NCBI GenBank assembly: GCA_002104905.1
Contig: MCFE01000285.1
Span: 1 to 64,000, forward strand
Direction of reading: 5' to 3'
Length of the DNA: 64,000 bases
Source: Basidiobolus meristosporus CBS 931.73
Taxonomy: Eukaryota; Fungi; Basidiobolomycota
Part shown: piece by piece, positions 1 through 11,304 of the stretch
How the letters are laid out: the number at the start of each line of letters is the position of its first letter
Position numbering within the stretch: the first letter of the stretch is position 1
Notes under the pieces: generated by a model
What the model saw: only the letters and a program-made list of their open reading frames with translations
Told to the model about the DNA's origin: nothing
The model's database searches: none
Translations under genes and position numbers: made by a program

Positions 1-177
1 TTTGCCTCTGGCTAATGGTTTGGTAAGTATTTATGAAATCATTTCATATGCAAAACAGTGATCTAGGTTAACTGACAAATTTTCCACAGCTTTACATATG
101 AAATGGTGTCCAATATCTTTGTGCCAAGTTCTAGCATGAAATGTTGGATTTCTACCTAATTCTATGCATCCTTGTTT
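1..177 (-). pseudogene. Copia family A RNase H C-terminal fragment (older host copy interrupted by the element at 178-5983)
   Basis: Minus strand reads NQGCIELGRNPTFHARTWHKDIGHHFICKAVEN...ILTKPLARG, the same region as at 5400-5570 and 59770-59940. Confidence 0.85.
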
Positions 178-525
178 TGTTGCAAAAATTTGTAATTCCA
201 CCTAAACATTCACCTAGCTTAGTCACTCAGATCATTACCTTCAAATCCCAGGGAATACCAACCAAACTCCTTGTTGGGATTTACTTAGAATATTTTCACC
301 AAAATACCAGGTACCCAGATATGAAAATTAGATAAGTTGCCCAAGCAGCCCAAAACTTTGTACACATGTTCTTGGGACCTTCCTTGGCCTATTCTACATG
401 CTTGTAATGCCAAGACTATGTAAAAGTATAAATACTACTTTCACAATCAGTAAATCATCCAGTGAAAACAATGTGATCTACTTGTTCTCCCAATCACTTC
501 CAATATCTCCAAGACTCTTACAACA
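178..525 (+). repeat. 5' LTR of A1 (348 bp)
   Basis: TG..CA ends, homologous to 5635-5983, followed directly by the PBS. Confidence 0.9.
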
Positions 526-537
526 GGTTTTGAGCCC
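526..537 (+). promoter_or_regulatory. Primer-binding site GGTTTTGAGCCC (consensus GGTTATGAGCCC), half-tRNA(iMet) type
   Basis: Directly after the LTR CA. The consensus is the reverse complement of the tRNA(iMet) anticodon arm GGGCTCATAACC. Confidence 0.8.
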
Positions 538-559
538 CAAGCTGTTACTCTGCAATTTT

Positions 560-3500
560 TACTACTGCTATTCCTGGAATCTTTTCCTCCAATGAAAAGT
601 TGAATGGATCTAACTACCAAGTGTGGAAGACAAAGATGGCAATGCAGCAACAAGAATTAGGCCTTTAGGATATTGTCATGGTAGAAGAATGCCCTCCTAG
701 GAACATGGGAGAGGAATCCTTAAAGTACCAGAAGAAAGAACAAAGTGCCTATAACTGCATTTGCCTTAATGTTAAGGACAAGTTGCTAATTCAATGCTCA
801 AGAGCAAAATCAGCAAAGAATGCCTGCAAGGCATTATAAGACACCTACCAGTCATGTTCAGCTGCTAAGAAAATGTATCTGAGACAAAATTTCTTTATTA
901 CAAAGATGCAGCCAGGAGATGAAATGAAAAATCTAATTAACATAATTGCCCTGCTGGTGGATGAGATGGAATCTGTGGGTGTACCAACTACTGATGAGGA
1001 TGTGATAGTTACCATTCTGAATAGCCAGACAGACAAGTTTCAGGGCCATGTATCAGCCCTAGAGTCCAGAACTGAAGATTTGACTTTAAATTATGTATAT
1101 GGAAGGCTCCTGGATGAAATATTAAGAAAATCTAGCACCTATAAGAAGGAAGAAGAAATGTTTTAATAAGCAACGATAACCATCAAAGGAGGTACCCAAG
1201 ACCCTACAAAGGCAACAGCAACCTGTTTTGCAACTACTGCAAAAGGAAAGGACACATAATAGACCGGTGCATGAAAAAGAGAGATAGTCAGCAGAAGAAG
1301 CCTGAATATGGAAATGCAGCAAAAACTGAAGATAGACTACTTAAATCTGCCCTAAATAAGACCACAGCCAAGGATTATCAGATGTGGTACATTGACTCTA
1401 GAGCATCTCAATACTTCACACACCAAAAAGAACTTTTTACCCCATACAAAGAAATTTAAGAAGGTTTTTATGTGTGACAATAGAACACTTGATGCAGTAA
1501 TAGAAGGAACTATACAAGTAAACCTTAGAAGCGGTAAAGGAATCCATACACTGACCTTTAAAGAAGTACTCTATGTACCAGAAATAGCCAAGAACCTGTT
1601 GTTAGAGTCTTGGAGATATTGGAAGTGATTGGGAGGACAAGTAGATTATGTGGTTTTCACTTAATGATTTATTGAATGTAAAAGTTGTATTTATACTTTT
1701 GCATAGTCTTGGCATTCCTTACATGTAGAATAGGTTAAGGAAGGTCCCAAGAACATGTGTGCATAGTTTGGGGCTGTTGGGACAACTTTGAGAATCTTCA
1801 TGTTCAGGGTACCTAGTATTTTGGTGTAAATGTTATAAGTAAATCCCAACAAGGAATTTGGTCAGTATTTTCTAGGATATGAAGGTAATGATCTAAGTAA
1901 CCAAGTTAGGTGAATATTTAGGTTGAATTACAAACTTTTACAACAGAACCCACTATCTGTAAGCAAGGCCACAGCAGAAGGACTCAGTTTCAGATTTGAC
2001 AAATCTGGATGCAAGATCACTGATCAAAATGGTGCTCATATCACTCTGAGTATCAGGTATCAGAGTCTGTATGAGTTGACTTATATTCCATCATATCTGG
2101 AAGTTATTATAGGTAACTTAAATGAAGAAACACCAATGCTTTGGCACAGGAGATTGGGACACATCAATTCTGATCATTTGCACAAAATGAATAAACATCA
2201 GCTAATCTCCAGAGTAAAAATTGATCCCCCAGCTGATTTGGATCACTGTGAAGCTTGCATATATGGGAAACAAGTCAGAAAAGCATTCAAGAGCTCCGGG
2301 TTGATCAATACTAAGAAAAAATAGCTCTAATTCACTCAGATCTGTGTGGACCTATTCATAGCCAGGATGAAGTATTTAATCACTTTTATTGATGATTATA
2401 CAGGATAAATGTGGGTCTACTTCATGGAGAGAAAGAAAGAAGCCCTGTCTAAGCTCAGGGAGTTTAAAGCCATGGCGGTGTGGTGGTGTAGAGGTACTCC
2501 TGGGAGAAGCTACACAACTCAAGGTTTGTGAGGTGTCTGATGGGTGCAATAACCTCTGTGTCTAAACTGCTGGTGTCTTTGTCAATATATCACTATGGTA
2601 AAAGCTCCTGCTTCTCTAGCTTCCTAGGTGCTCCAAGTGTCTCCAAAGGCCTCTGTGTGTCTTGTGCACTACCTTGAAAAGCTCCTTGATGGCAGGTCTG
2701 AGATGTACTGTGGAAGGCAGGTGCAGTGATCAACTGCTAATCAATAAGGTAGAAGTGTTACTGATAGAAGGGATGATTTATTGATGAGGGATTGCTTTCC
2801 CTTAAATACTTTTCCTGATTGCCAAGTGATTACTAATGACAAGGTTCTAGAAGATTCTAGGTATCAGTAGAATTCTTGATGACATCACTATGAGCTAAAA
2901 ATATGCCAAGAATGTCCTGGAAGGTTCTAAAAGGCACAGCACTCTCAGCCAATCAAGAATCAGTAGTCTGAAACCTGTGCAACATAGAAATACCATATAT
3001 GGTATTGAAATGGTAGAGATGGTAACACAGACCTAGGTCATGTGTCACGGGTACTGACGTGGGTACTTGCCTTATACAGATACATCAACTGATCACAAAG
3101 CTGAATAACATCTGGGATAACTAATGCTAATAACTAATCAGGGTAAACATCATATGGGGATAATACTGATAATATGGGCAAAAGAAGAATGGGATAATAC
3201 TGATAAGATAAAATATGGATAAGTATATCATAATGACTATATGAATAAACTTGTCTGTGGGAGGTATGTTTACCCTACCACAGCGGAAGGAGAAACCGGT
3301 GAAAAAATCAAAAAAATATGCTGAGACAATTATGGAGGGTATACCTCATAACTCTTTATCCACTTCTGCAAAATTCATGGGATAAAGCAAGAGACTACTA
3401 TACCATACTCCCCACAGTCAAATGGAGTAGAAAAATGCGCAAACAGATCAATAACTGATTTGGCAAGATCAATGATCCATGACCAAAAATTATCCTATGT

Positions 3501-5620
3501 TTTTGGGTGGAATCAGTTGCCACAGCTGTATACCATAGAAATAGGAGTTATAACAAAATACTTTGTGATTCTACTCCATTTGAAGCATGGTATGGATACA
3601 GACCAAGTGCAGAGCATCTAAGAATATTTGGGTGTACAGCATATACCAAGAAACTGGCTGGAAATCAGCCAAAATTTGAGCCAAAAAGTGTAAAATGCAT
3701 TTTTTTGGGCTTCTGCAAATAGAGTAGAGCATACAAACTCTGCAATACCAAAGCAAAGAAGCTAAGTAAGTCCAGGGATGTGTTGTTTGATGAAATATCA
3801 AAATTTTCACAAAACATGACATGAGATAAGGACAAAAATTTGATCTCAAGTCCAACAATAGTCAGGATTGACTCAGAGCCAAAAAATGAGAAATTTTTCA
3901 CACCAGAGGGCTCTACAGCAGTAGTTCAGGCTGAATCAGTGCCCAGGAATAATGTAGAAGTGATCATTCCAGTATCAAATGCCTGGAGATTCAACCAGAC
4001 AAGAAATAGCCCAAATTACTATATCAATAAGGGAACAAACTTAGCCTATGCCTATTCAGTCCATATTGATGAGCCCCAGACTGTAAAAGAGGCACTAAAT
4101 ATCCCTCAGACAGAGTTTGGAAATCTGTAATGACTGAGGAATATCAGGCTCTAATGGAAGATCAAACATGGGACTTAGTCAAATTACCAATCAACCAAAA
4201 ATCAATTGGATACCAATGGGTCTTAAAGACAAAATACAAGACTGATGGTACAATTGCATGACTTGTGGCTAAAGGATACTCTCAAACAAAAGGACTTGAC
4301 TATACTGAGACTTTTGCACTGGTAGCCAAGTTTAATTTTATCAGATTAATAATGGCTATTACAGCCAAGTATAAGTTTTTTATTCATCAAATGGATGTAA
4401 AAGCTGCATTTCTGAATGGAGAACTTGATGAGGATGTGTATATGGACCAGCCTGATGGGCTTGTTGATCAAGATAACCCCATTTGGTCTGCAAGCTTAAA
4501 AATCTCTATATGGTCTCAAACAATCACCAAGAGCCTGGCATTGCAAGATAGATTCTTATTTGGAATCTTTGAGTTTTAAAAGGAGTAATGCTGACTATAG
4601 TATATACTATAAGCCCATCAAAGCAAGTCCAGCTTTATTAGCTCTATATGTGGATGATCTTATTTTAGCCACCAACAATCTAACAATATTGGAAGATACT
4701 AAATCCAGCTTATGTAAAGAGGTCAAGATGTCCTTTAGGAGAGCTCAGTTATTACTTAGGTATAAAGTTTTTCATAGATAGATGTACCCAGACTATCATC
4801 CTAAGTCAATCCCAGTACATTTAAGATATACTAAAGAAGTATCAAATGGAAGACTGTAAACCAGCAGCTACCCCAATGGAGACAAGTCTTAACTTGGTCA
4901 AAACTCAACCAAATCAAGAGAGCTTAGTGCCATCTGAAAGCCCTGACTTTTGTTATCAATCTATGGTTGACAGTCTGATGTATGTCATGCTTGGAACATG
5001 CCCAGATATCTCATACTCAGTAGGAGTTGTCAGCCAGCATAATCAAAGCTATGGATCTGATCATATTGCAGCAGTTAAGCTGATATTGAGATACCTAAAC
5101 AGACCTGCTGATATCTGCTTAACATACACTTATAAGGATTCAGAACAGGATCTTATGGGCTACTCTGATGCTGATTGGGGACAAAATTTGCAAGACAGAA
5201 GATCCACCACAGGATACACCTTTCTTTACTCTAAAGGAGCAATTTCATCAAATTCAAGAAAGCAACCAACTGTAACACTTTCCACCACAGAGGCAGAGTA
5301 TATGGCCGCCTGTGAAGCTACAAAAGAAGCAATGTGGTTAAGAAAGCTTTTTACAGACTTAGGCCTATGTTAAAAAATGCCTATTCTTTATTTAAGATAA
5401 TCAACGGTGTAAACAATTAGGTAGAAATCCAACCTTTCATGCTAGCACTAAGCAAATAGATATTAGACATCATTTCACACATGAAGCTATAGAGAATAGC
5501 TTATTTAGCTTAGTTTACTGTCCTTCAGATGAAATGATTGCAGACATGTTTACCAAGCTATTAGCCAGAGACATGTTTGAATAACTTAGGTCAAAATTAG
5601 GACTAGTGAGTATGAACATT
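560..5620 (+). pseudogene. Copia gag-pol pseudogene (many stops and frameshifts)
   Basis: ORF fragments 873-1166, 1271-1628, 1923-2324, 3507-3722, 4265-4781 and 4846-5373 carry successive Copia motifs. Confidence 0.9.
2479..3282 (-). mobile_element. Family C solo-LTR-like element (804 bp), 4-bp TSD GCGG
   Basis: TGTGGT...ACCACA ends, GCGG at 2475-2478 and 3283-3286. Removal restores the host integrase frame (FKAMAEGETGEKIK). About 97% like 42001-42803. Orientation inferred from minus-strand TATTTAA followed by AATAAA. Confidence 0.9.
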
Positions 5621-5634
5621 TAGCTGAGTGGGAG

Positions 5635-5983
5635 TGTTGTGAGAATTTGTAATTCCACCTAAATATCCACCTAGCTTAGTCATTTATATCATTACCTTCA
5701 AGTCCCAAGAAACACTGTCCAAATTCCTTGTTGGGATTTACTTAAAATATTTTCACCAAAATACCACATACCCAGAACATGAGAGTTGGATAAGTTGTCC
5801 AAACAGCCCCAAACTTTGCACACATGTTCCTGGGTCCTTCCTTAGCCTATTCAAGATGCTTGTAATGCCAAGACCATGTAAAAGTATAAATACTACTTAT
5901 ACATTCAATAATTTATAAAGTGGAAACCACATAATCTACTTGTTCTCCCAATCACTTCCAATATTTCCAAGATTCTTAGAACA
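5635..5983 (+). repeat. 3' LTR of A1 (349 bp)
   Basis: Follows the PPT; homologous to 178-525. Confidence 0.9.
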
Positions 5984-6145
5984 GCCTCTGTAATGATAAG
6001 TGTTTTAGTAGATTGCTTTCCCAAATTCCATGATATTGCTCCTTATGGTTAACAATGGTGCATCAGGTGGCTAATCTTCTTTCTTCTAAGTCCTTACCCA
6101 AATCAGCATCAGAGTATCCTATAAGATCCTGTTCTGAATCCATAT
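5984..6145 (-). pseudogene. Copia family A RT/RNase H junction fragment (continuation of the host copy at 1-177)
   Basis: Minus strand reads DSEQDLIGYSDADLG...GAISWN..KQST..L..TEA. Confidence 0.8.
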
Positions 6146-7271
6146 AGGGGTGCATTAAGGAGACATCCATAGCTCATTTAAGCTATCCCAGAATCTGTCA
6201 TGATCACAAGTTATTATTGACCTTTCATGATCTGGCCAAATCAAGTTGGCAAAGAAATCCCAGTTCCTTCTTGAAAGCACTACCACATTCTAGCAATTTC
6301 TTGAAAGCTCCAAGTCAATGTTACATAATAGAATATTATATGGTAGCTTCCTATTGGAGCCTATGCAGTTGAGTACCATATATGATAAATGCATGTCACA
6401 TGACACAGTCACATGTTCAGCTGACCCTTGGCTTATCCTAATGTGATATACTAGTCTGGTTTTTAGTATAATTCTATCTTGGCTCACTTACTGCACATCA
6501 TCCCAGAATTCCATCAGTTTTAGCCAATATCTCTTGACATCCATATTGCCAAAATGTATGCATAGTCCTATCACCCCTTATGCATTTCTCAGTCTGATAT
6601 ACACTGGTCTTGAATAAATAGCCTTGCCTTGGAACTTGCCTTTCTTGGTTAATCCACACCTAAGTCCTTTCCTGGTCCTGCCTTACCTAGCTCTACTCTC
6701 CTGCTCTGTGTCTATTCTTAACAGTTTCATCAGACTGCTCTTGACTACCTGTGGATCTCTGCCTTCTACCCAAAGTTCTTGAGAAGAACTTATCAAGGAA
6801 TACCTACCAAAGATATCACCCCTAAGCTTTAGTACAATACATTATCAGTGATGCTAACTTATTCACAGTTGGGGATTGTAGCTCAAACATTGTATTCTTG
6901 ACAAACTAGTGGCTTTAATACCAACATATTAGCTAGTAGTGCTCAGTACTCCTGAACATGCTCAAGAAGCCTCCCTGCCTCCTGCTACCTTGACATGTCC
7001 AGTCTAGAGTACAACTTTGCAAGTCTCATGGCTGCCTATGCTCAGCTATAACATGACAATGCTGATCTCAGAAACTCTGTTGCTCAGCTTGAGGGCCAAA
7101 ATGCTCAACAGTCTATCCATACTCCCTCCTACCATGATCCAACAATCCCTTCCATTACTAAGCTCAGTGGCTCCCAAAATGAGCTCTAAGGTTTCATTAA
7201 CATAGATAAACACCACTTATTGCTACAACCCAATTAGCTCACTACAGATCAAGCAAAAGTTGGTTACATCT

Positions 7272-9840
7272 TGTAAAAGCACCTGACTTTACAGGTAAAA
7301 CAGTATTGTTTCCCAAGCTACCACAGATCCAGAAGTTCATCATGGCTAAAGGAGCTGTAGTAAAGGAAAGTAATCCATTACTACAATATCTCAAAACCAA
7401 TATTACACTCATTTCTTTAATTTGCTTTTGCTATTGTAACACACAAGTGAATGATTGGGAAATTTCAACCTTGAGGGACAAAAGCTCAAGACCCTGTCAA
7501 GTAATCCACAAACCCAAAAATTTGATCCTTCAGAATTTTCATATGTATGACTTTCTCAGCTGAAAAATAAAGGGAGCCTCTCTTTCCAGAGTTTCCACAC
7601 TTCAATTACAAGTATAAAGGCTATAAGACTTCCCCTGCATCACTTGCACTGTTGAGTATTCTGACTTTGCTTGGTACTACATCATTAAAGGGACTGCAAA
7701 GCTCACATAAATCCAATCTGAGTTCTACAAGAAAACTACCACTTCTCTGTTAGAGAATTCCCCTCTAAGTAGCCCCTTTACTCTAAAGGCACCCCTTTAG
7801 ACAACCCTCTAGTCTAAACACCCCTTTAGAGACCCCTTTAAGAAACCCCTTTACTCTAAAGAAGCCTCTTTAGGCACCCATTTAGTGTAGAGTCCACTTT
7901 AGAGACCACTGTAAGAAGCCCCTTTACTCCAAAGACACCCCTTTAGACCCCCCCTTTTGGCCCAAAGACCCCTTCAGAAACTCCTACACCACACCCTTCA
8001 GGCTAAAGGGGAGGTCAGAACTTCCATATTAGGATATACTTTCTCAACAAGGAAAGTTACTTTGAAACACGGAAAAGTTACTATAAGAATTAATAAGCCC
8101 AATGTTCAACAGGAGGTCAGAACACTGCTGTAGAAGAGAAAAACACTGCCTATATTATATTTTGAGCCTAAGATTGCACATCTTAGTGAAAGCTATATTT
8201 TCTATCTATACATCAAACTTCCAATAAACTACTTCAGTAGTTGCATGCCGGATGTTGTTGTTGTATATTGTTGATTAGCATATATATTTTAGTACAAACC
8301 TCAAAACTAATCATATTACAGCACAACAAAAGTTTGGTGGAGTACCTGGGTAGGTTGAACCTTTCACTATACAAGCATCAGGAAACCTTACAAAAATGAC
8401 AAATACACCACTCCAAGAGTTAATATCCACCTTTAAAGGTGCTATTCCAGTAAATTCACAGGAGTTTATGTTACTAAGTTTCTAGAAGCATTTGATGATA
8501 TAGTGGCAGTGTTTGAGTTATCACCTAAGTGCAAAATCCAGTTGTTTCCTTTTCTCTGTGAGGTTGAGGTATCAAGATTCTTAGTATAGACCCATTTAAG
8601 ATACCTGTTAGTGCTATTTCAACAAGGACACTGCCCAACAAGCTATTTTAGCTGAGTACCAAAAGGAGGCACAGTTTGCTATACTAAATGCGCTAGAAAT
8701 GCCTTACAATAAGAACCAAACCCTTTCAAAAGTACACTCAAAAGCTTGAGTCAAAAGCAAGGCATGTCAAAGAGCTACTGGAATTTCAAGATCTTATCAT
8801 AGAAGCTATTTTCTGATGAATATACCTCCTGCAATATGTAATGCCATTAGCCATCAAGTTCAGGCTACAAGCTCCTACCACAATGTTAAACATATGGTGT
8901 TAAATTATCAATCAGGGAGACAGGTCATGAATTCTAAAAACAATCAAATGAGGGTTTCTACTCCAGTTAAACAGATTCTTCATTGTACAAATAAGCTGCA
9001 AAGTGATCAGGATACTGGATTAATTGATGCATTAGGAAAACTGATGTTTAAGTTGGACTCTCAAGATACATTGTCATGTAGTTTGAACAAAGCTGGAACA
9101 CAAAGTCCCAAAACAACCAATAACTATCAACAGCAAATCAAGTATTGTGTTTACAGCAAATCAGCTGAACACAGCTATTGTGGTTGTCAAATATTGAATA
9201 TTGATATTGACAGTCATAAAATTATGATTAATGGCTATGGGAATATCTGTGATCCCACCAGAAACCACTTGCCTATCAACAGATGTTATGGTAGAATGAG
9301 ATCCTATGTACAGGCTCAAGAAGAACCACCTAAAAGCACCACAACATCAATGCATATACACATCCAAAAGACCACAGAAATTCCAAGCACTACACATTAT
9401 GTACTTGCAATATCAGACCTATCAGGGCAGGTCCAAGAGCCTTTTACTCTAACACAACAGGATGTTATGTGGCTGCAATCAACAATGATGAAGTGGATTA
9501 TATTTGTGACTCTAAATCAGTAATCAATTCCAGGACTGCTATGACTATGAAAAATCAAATTGCCATTGACAGAAGTTGACTGGAAAATAGGAGCTACAAC
9601 AGTGGCAACAAAGAACATGTTTGTACTTTGTCACTCTGTACCAATTGAAATTGGAGAAATCAGGGTTGCTTCTCCCTTTTTTGTTGTTGCCAATGGACCA
9701 ACTTTGGAGGTATTGTTGGCACAAACAAATGAACACAAATCTCTTCTACAAGCTGACAATAGACCTGATGGGAGCTTATGGCTAATAATCACATTCAATA
9801 GTAAAAGCATTGCAGACAGGGATGATTCCTGCAAAGAAAT
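7272..9840 (+). mobile_element. Family D Gypsy-like fragment: ~1057-bp LTR (7272-8328), putative PBS TGGTGGAG (8335), gag-like and protease-like remnants
   Basis: TG..CA-bounded repeat also present at 18180-19337; ORF 8816-9523 with a degenerate Cys/His knuckle; 9560-9830 resembles a retropepsin-like segment. No RT seen. Confidence 0.65.
7765..7990. repeat. Degenerate short-motif array (CCCCTTTAG / ACTCTAAAG) inside the D LTR
   Basis: Roughly 15 CCC(C)TTTA-like units; a shorter version occurs at ~18860-18990. Confidence 0.85.
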
Positions 9841-10804
9841 TAAAAACCCTGTACTCACCAAAAGAAACTTTGAACTTCTTGCAACCCAGTCCTTCAGCAT
9901 TATTGCTCCCTTACTTGTTGAGAAAGTCAAGACCAGCCAAGCTATCAATCTCACAGCCACAACATTGAAGAGATACTTTAAGTCTTCCACTGATCCACCA
10001 CCCAAGTTCCCAAACCTCTGGTACCTACACCTATTCATTGACATCATCCACCACAAGCACCAACTGACTGTCCCAGACCATGATACCCAGTTGGACACCA
10101 TCCATTCTCACCATGATTCAGTGGCTGCAGGACATTTTGGTATTGCCAAAACCATGAATAGAATCAAGAGAGACCTCTGGTGGCCCAAGATGATATCCCT
10201 TGTCAAGGAGTACCTCCAATCATGTGATACATGTAATTGTGCAAAATCTGCCAGACACCATCTATGTGAGCTTCTCCAACTCTTACTAGTCCCCAACCAG
10301 CAATGAAGGCCAATTTCAATGAACTTCATTACAGACCTCCCAGAATCTATCCAATTCAGTTCAGTCCTAGTAGTGGCAGATGTACTCACAAAGATGGCTC
10401 ATTTGATTCCCTGCTCTAAGAGCTTAGATGCCAAGCAGAATTAGTAATCAGGAACATTTTCCGGCTCCATGGTATCCCCAGTAGCACTGTACTGGATAGA
10501 GGACCCCAGTTCATATCAAAGTTCTGGAAACACTTCATGCAATATCTTGGTGAGCAGGTCAAGTTCTCAACTGCTGTCCATGCTCAGTCAGATGGTCAGG
10601 CTGAAGGAATTAATCAGATCCTTGAACAATACCTTCAAGGCTATATTAACTATCAGCAAGACAACTGAACTCAGCTGCTACCACTTGCAGAATTTGCCTA
10701 CAACAACATATGTGATAGTGCTACCCATTCTATGGAAATAATGGTTTTGATCCACAATTTAATATTCAGATTCTAACAAGCCCAATGAGCCACACAGCAA
10801 GCCT

Positions 10805-11002
10805 TTGATTGGTATAGGAGAGGGAAAGGGGGGCCCCTGCCAATTGGGGGCCAACAATTTGCCCAGTTACCCCCACCCCCCCAGAGCACCAGGGGGCTGT
10901 AAGAACCTCCTCCCCTAAGAGAAAGGGGGTGGGGGGCTTGCAGGAGGCATTCTCTAGTAGGGTCTTAGGAGAGGAAGAGCAGCAATGGTCTGGTAAGCAC
11001 CT
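10805..11002. other. ~200-bp G/C-run-rich insertion in the old B integrase
   Basis: Absent from the homologous B pol at ~43100; contains an 11-bp perfect inverted repeat (10870-10880 / 10925-10935). Confidence 0.6.
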
Positions 11003-11304
11003 GAGCATGCATCAGTATTTATTGAAGTTTAAGAAACACTTAAGAAAGAACTATCCCTAGCCCATGAGGGTTAAAAGAAGTTTGCAGACAACAAATGGCA
11101 GTCTAGTCCCAAGCGTAAATGATAAAATTTGGGAACAAGCTACAAACCTAACAAGTTGCCAAGATCCAGTTGTGCTATCTCATCAGACATACCCTAACAA
11201 GCCAAAGCTAAAAGCTTGAGGAAAGCTCTTTAGAAGAGGAGAGTAGTATCATGCTCACATGACATCTGTGACCTTTCATGAGTTGACAACTCCCACTTAA
11301 TATG

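Larger units (their letters stand above)
178..5983 (+). mobile_element. Ty1/Copia LTR retrotransposon, family A (copy A1), degenerate, containing a solo-LTR-like insertion
   Basis: Direct repeats TGTTG...CAACA/GAACA at 178-525 and 5635-5983; PBS at 526-537; PPT GAGTGGGAG at 5626-5634. Domain order is gag (UBN2-like, CNYC..GH...C knuckle), protease (WYIDSRAS), GAG-pre-integrase (LWHRRLGH), integrase, RT ([16 protein letters not shown]), RNase H (YSDADW, STTEAEY). No matching TSD (TGTTT vs GCCTC). Confidence 0.95.
6196..11300 (+). mobile_element. Old, internally deleted Gypsy chromovirus of family B, interrupted by a family D fragment
   Basis: 5' LTR 6196-6723 (reverse complement of the B LTRs at 41195 and 47383); PBS TTCATCAGACT; leader; gag remnant ~6995-7270; integrase remnant ~9850-11100; chromodomain tail ~11160-11210; PPT AGAAGAGGAGAGTAG; start of 3' LTR at 11247. 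Confidence 0.85.

Noticed and set aside
141-653. Short ORFs in and around A LTRs (also 58255-58569, 59991-60305)
   Set aside because: They recur only because the LTR sequence recurs; no coding motif, and they are frame-unstable between copies.
7765-7990. Array as a CRISPR or telomere repeat
   Set aside because: No constant repeat with unique spacers, eukaryotic context; the unit (TAAAGGGG on minus) is not TTAGGG/TTTAGGG and lies inside an LTR.
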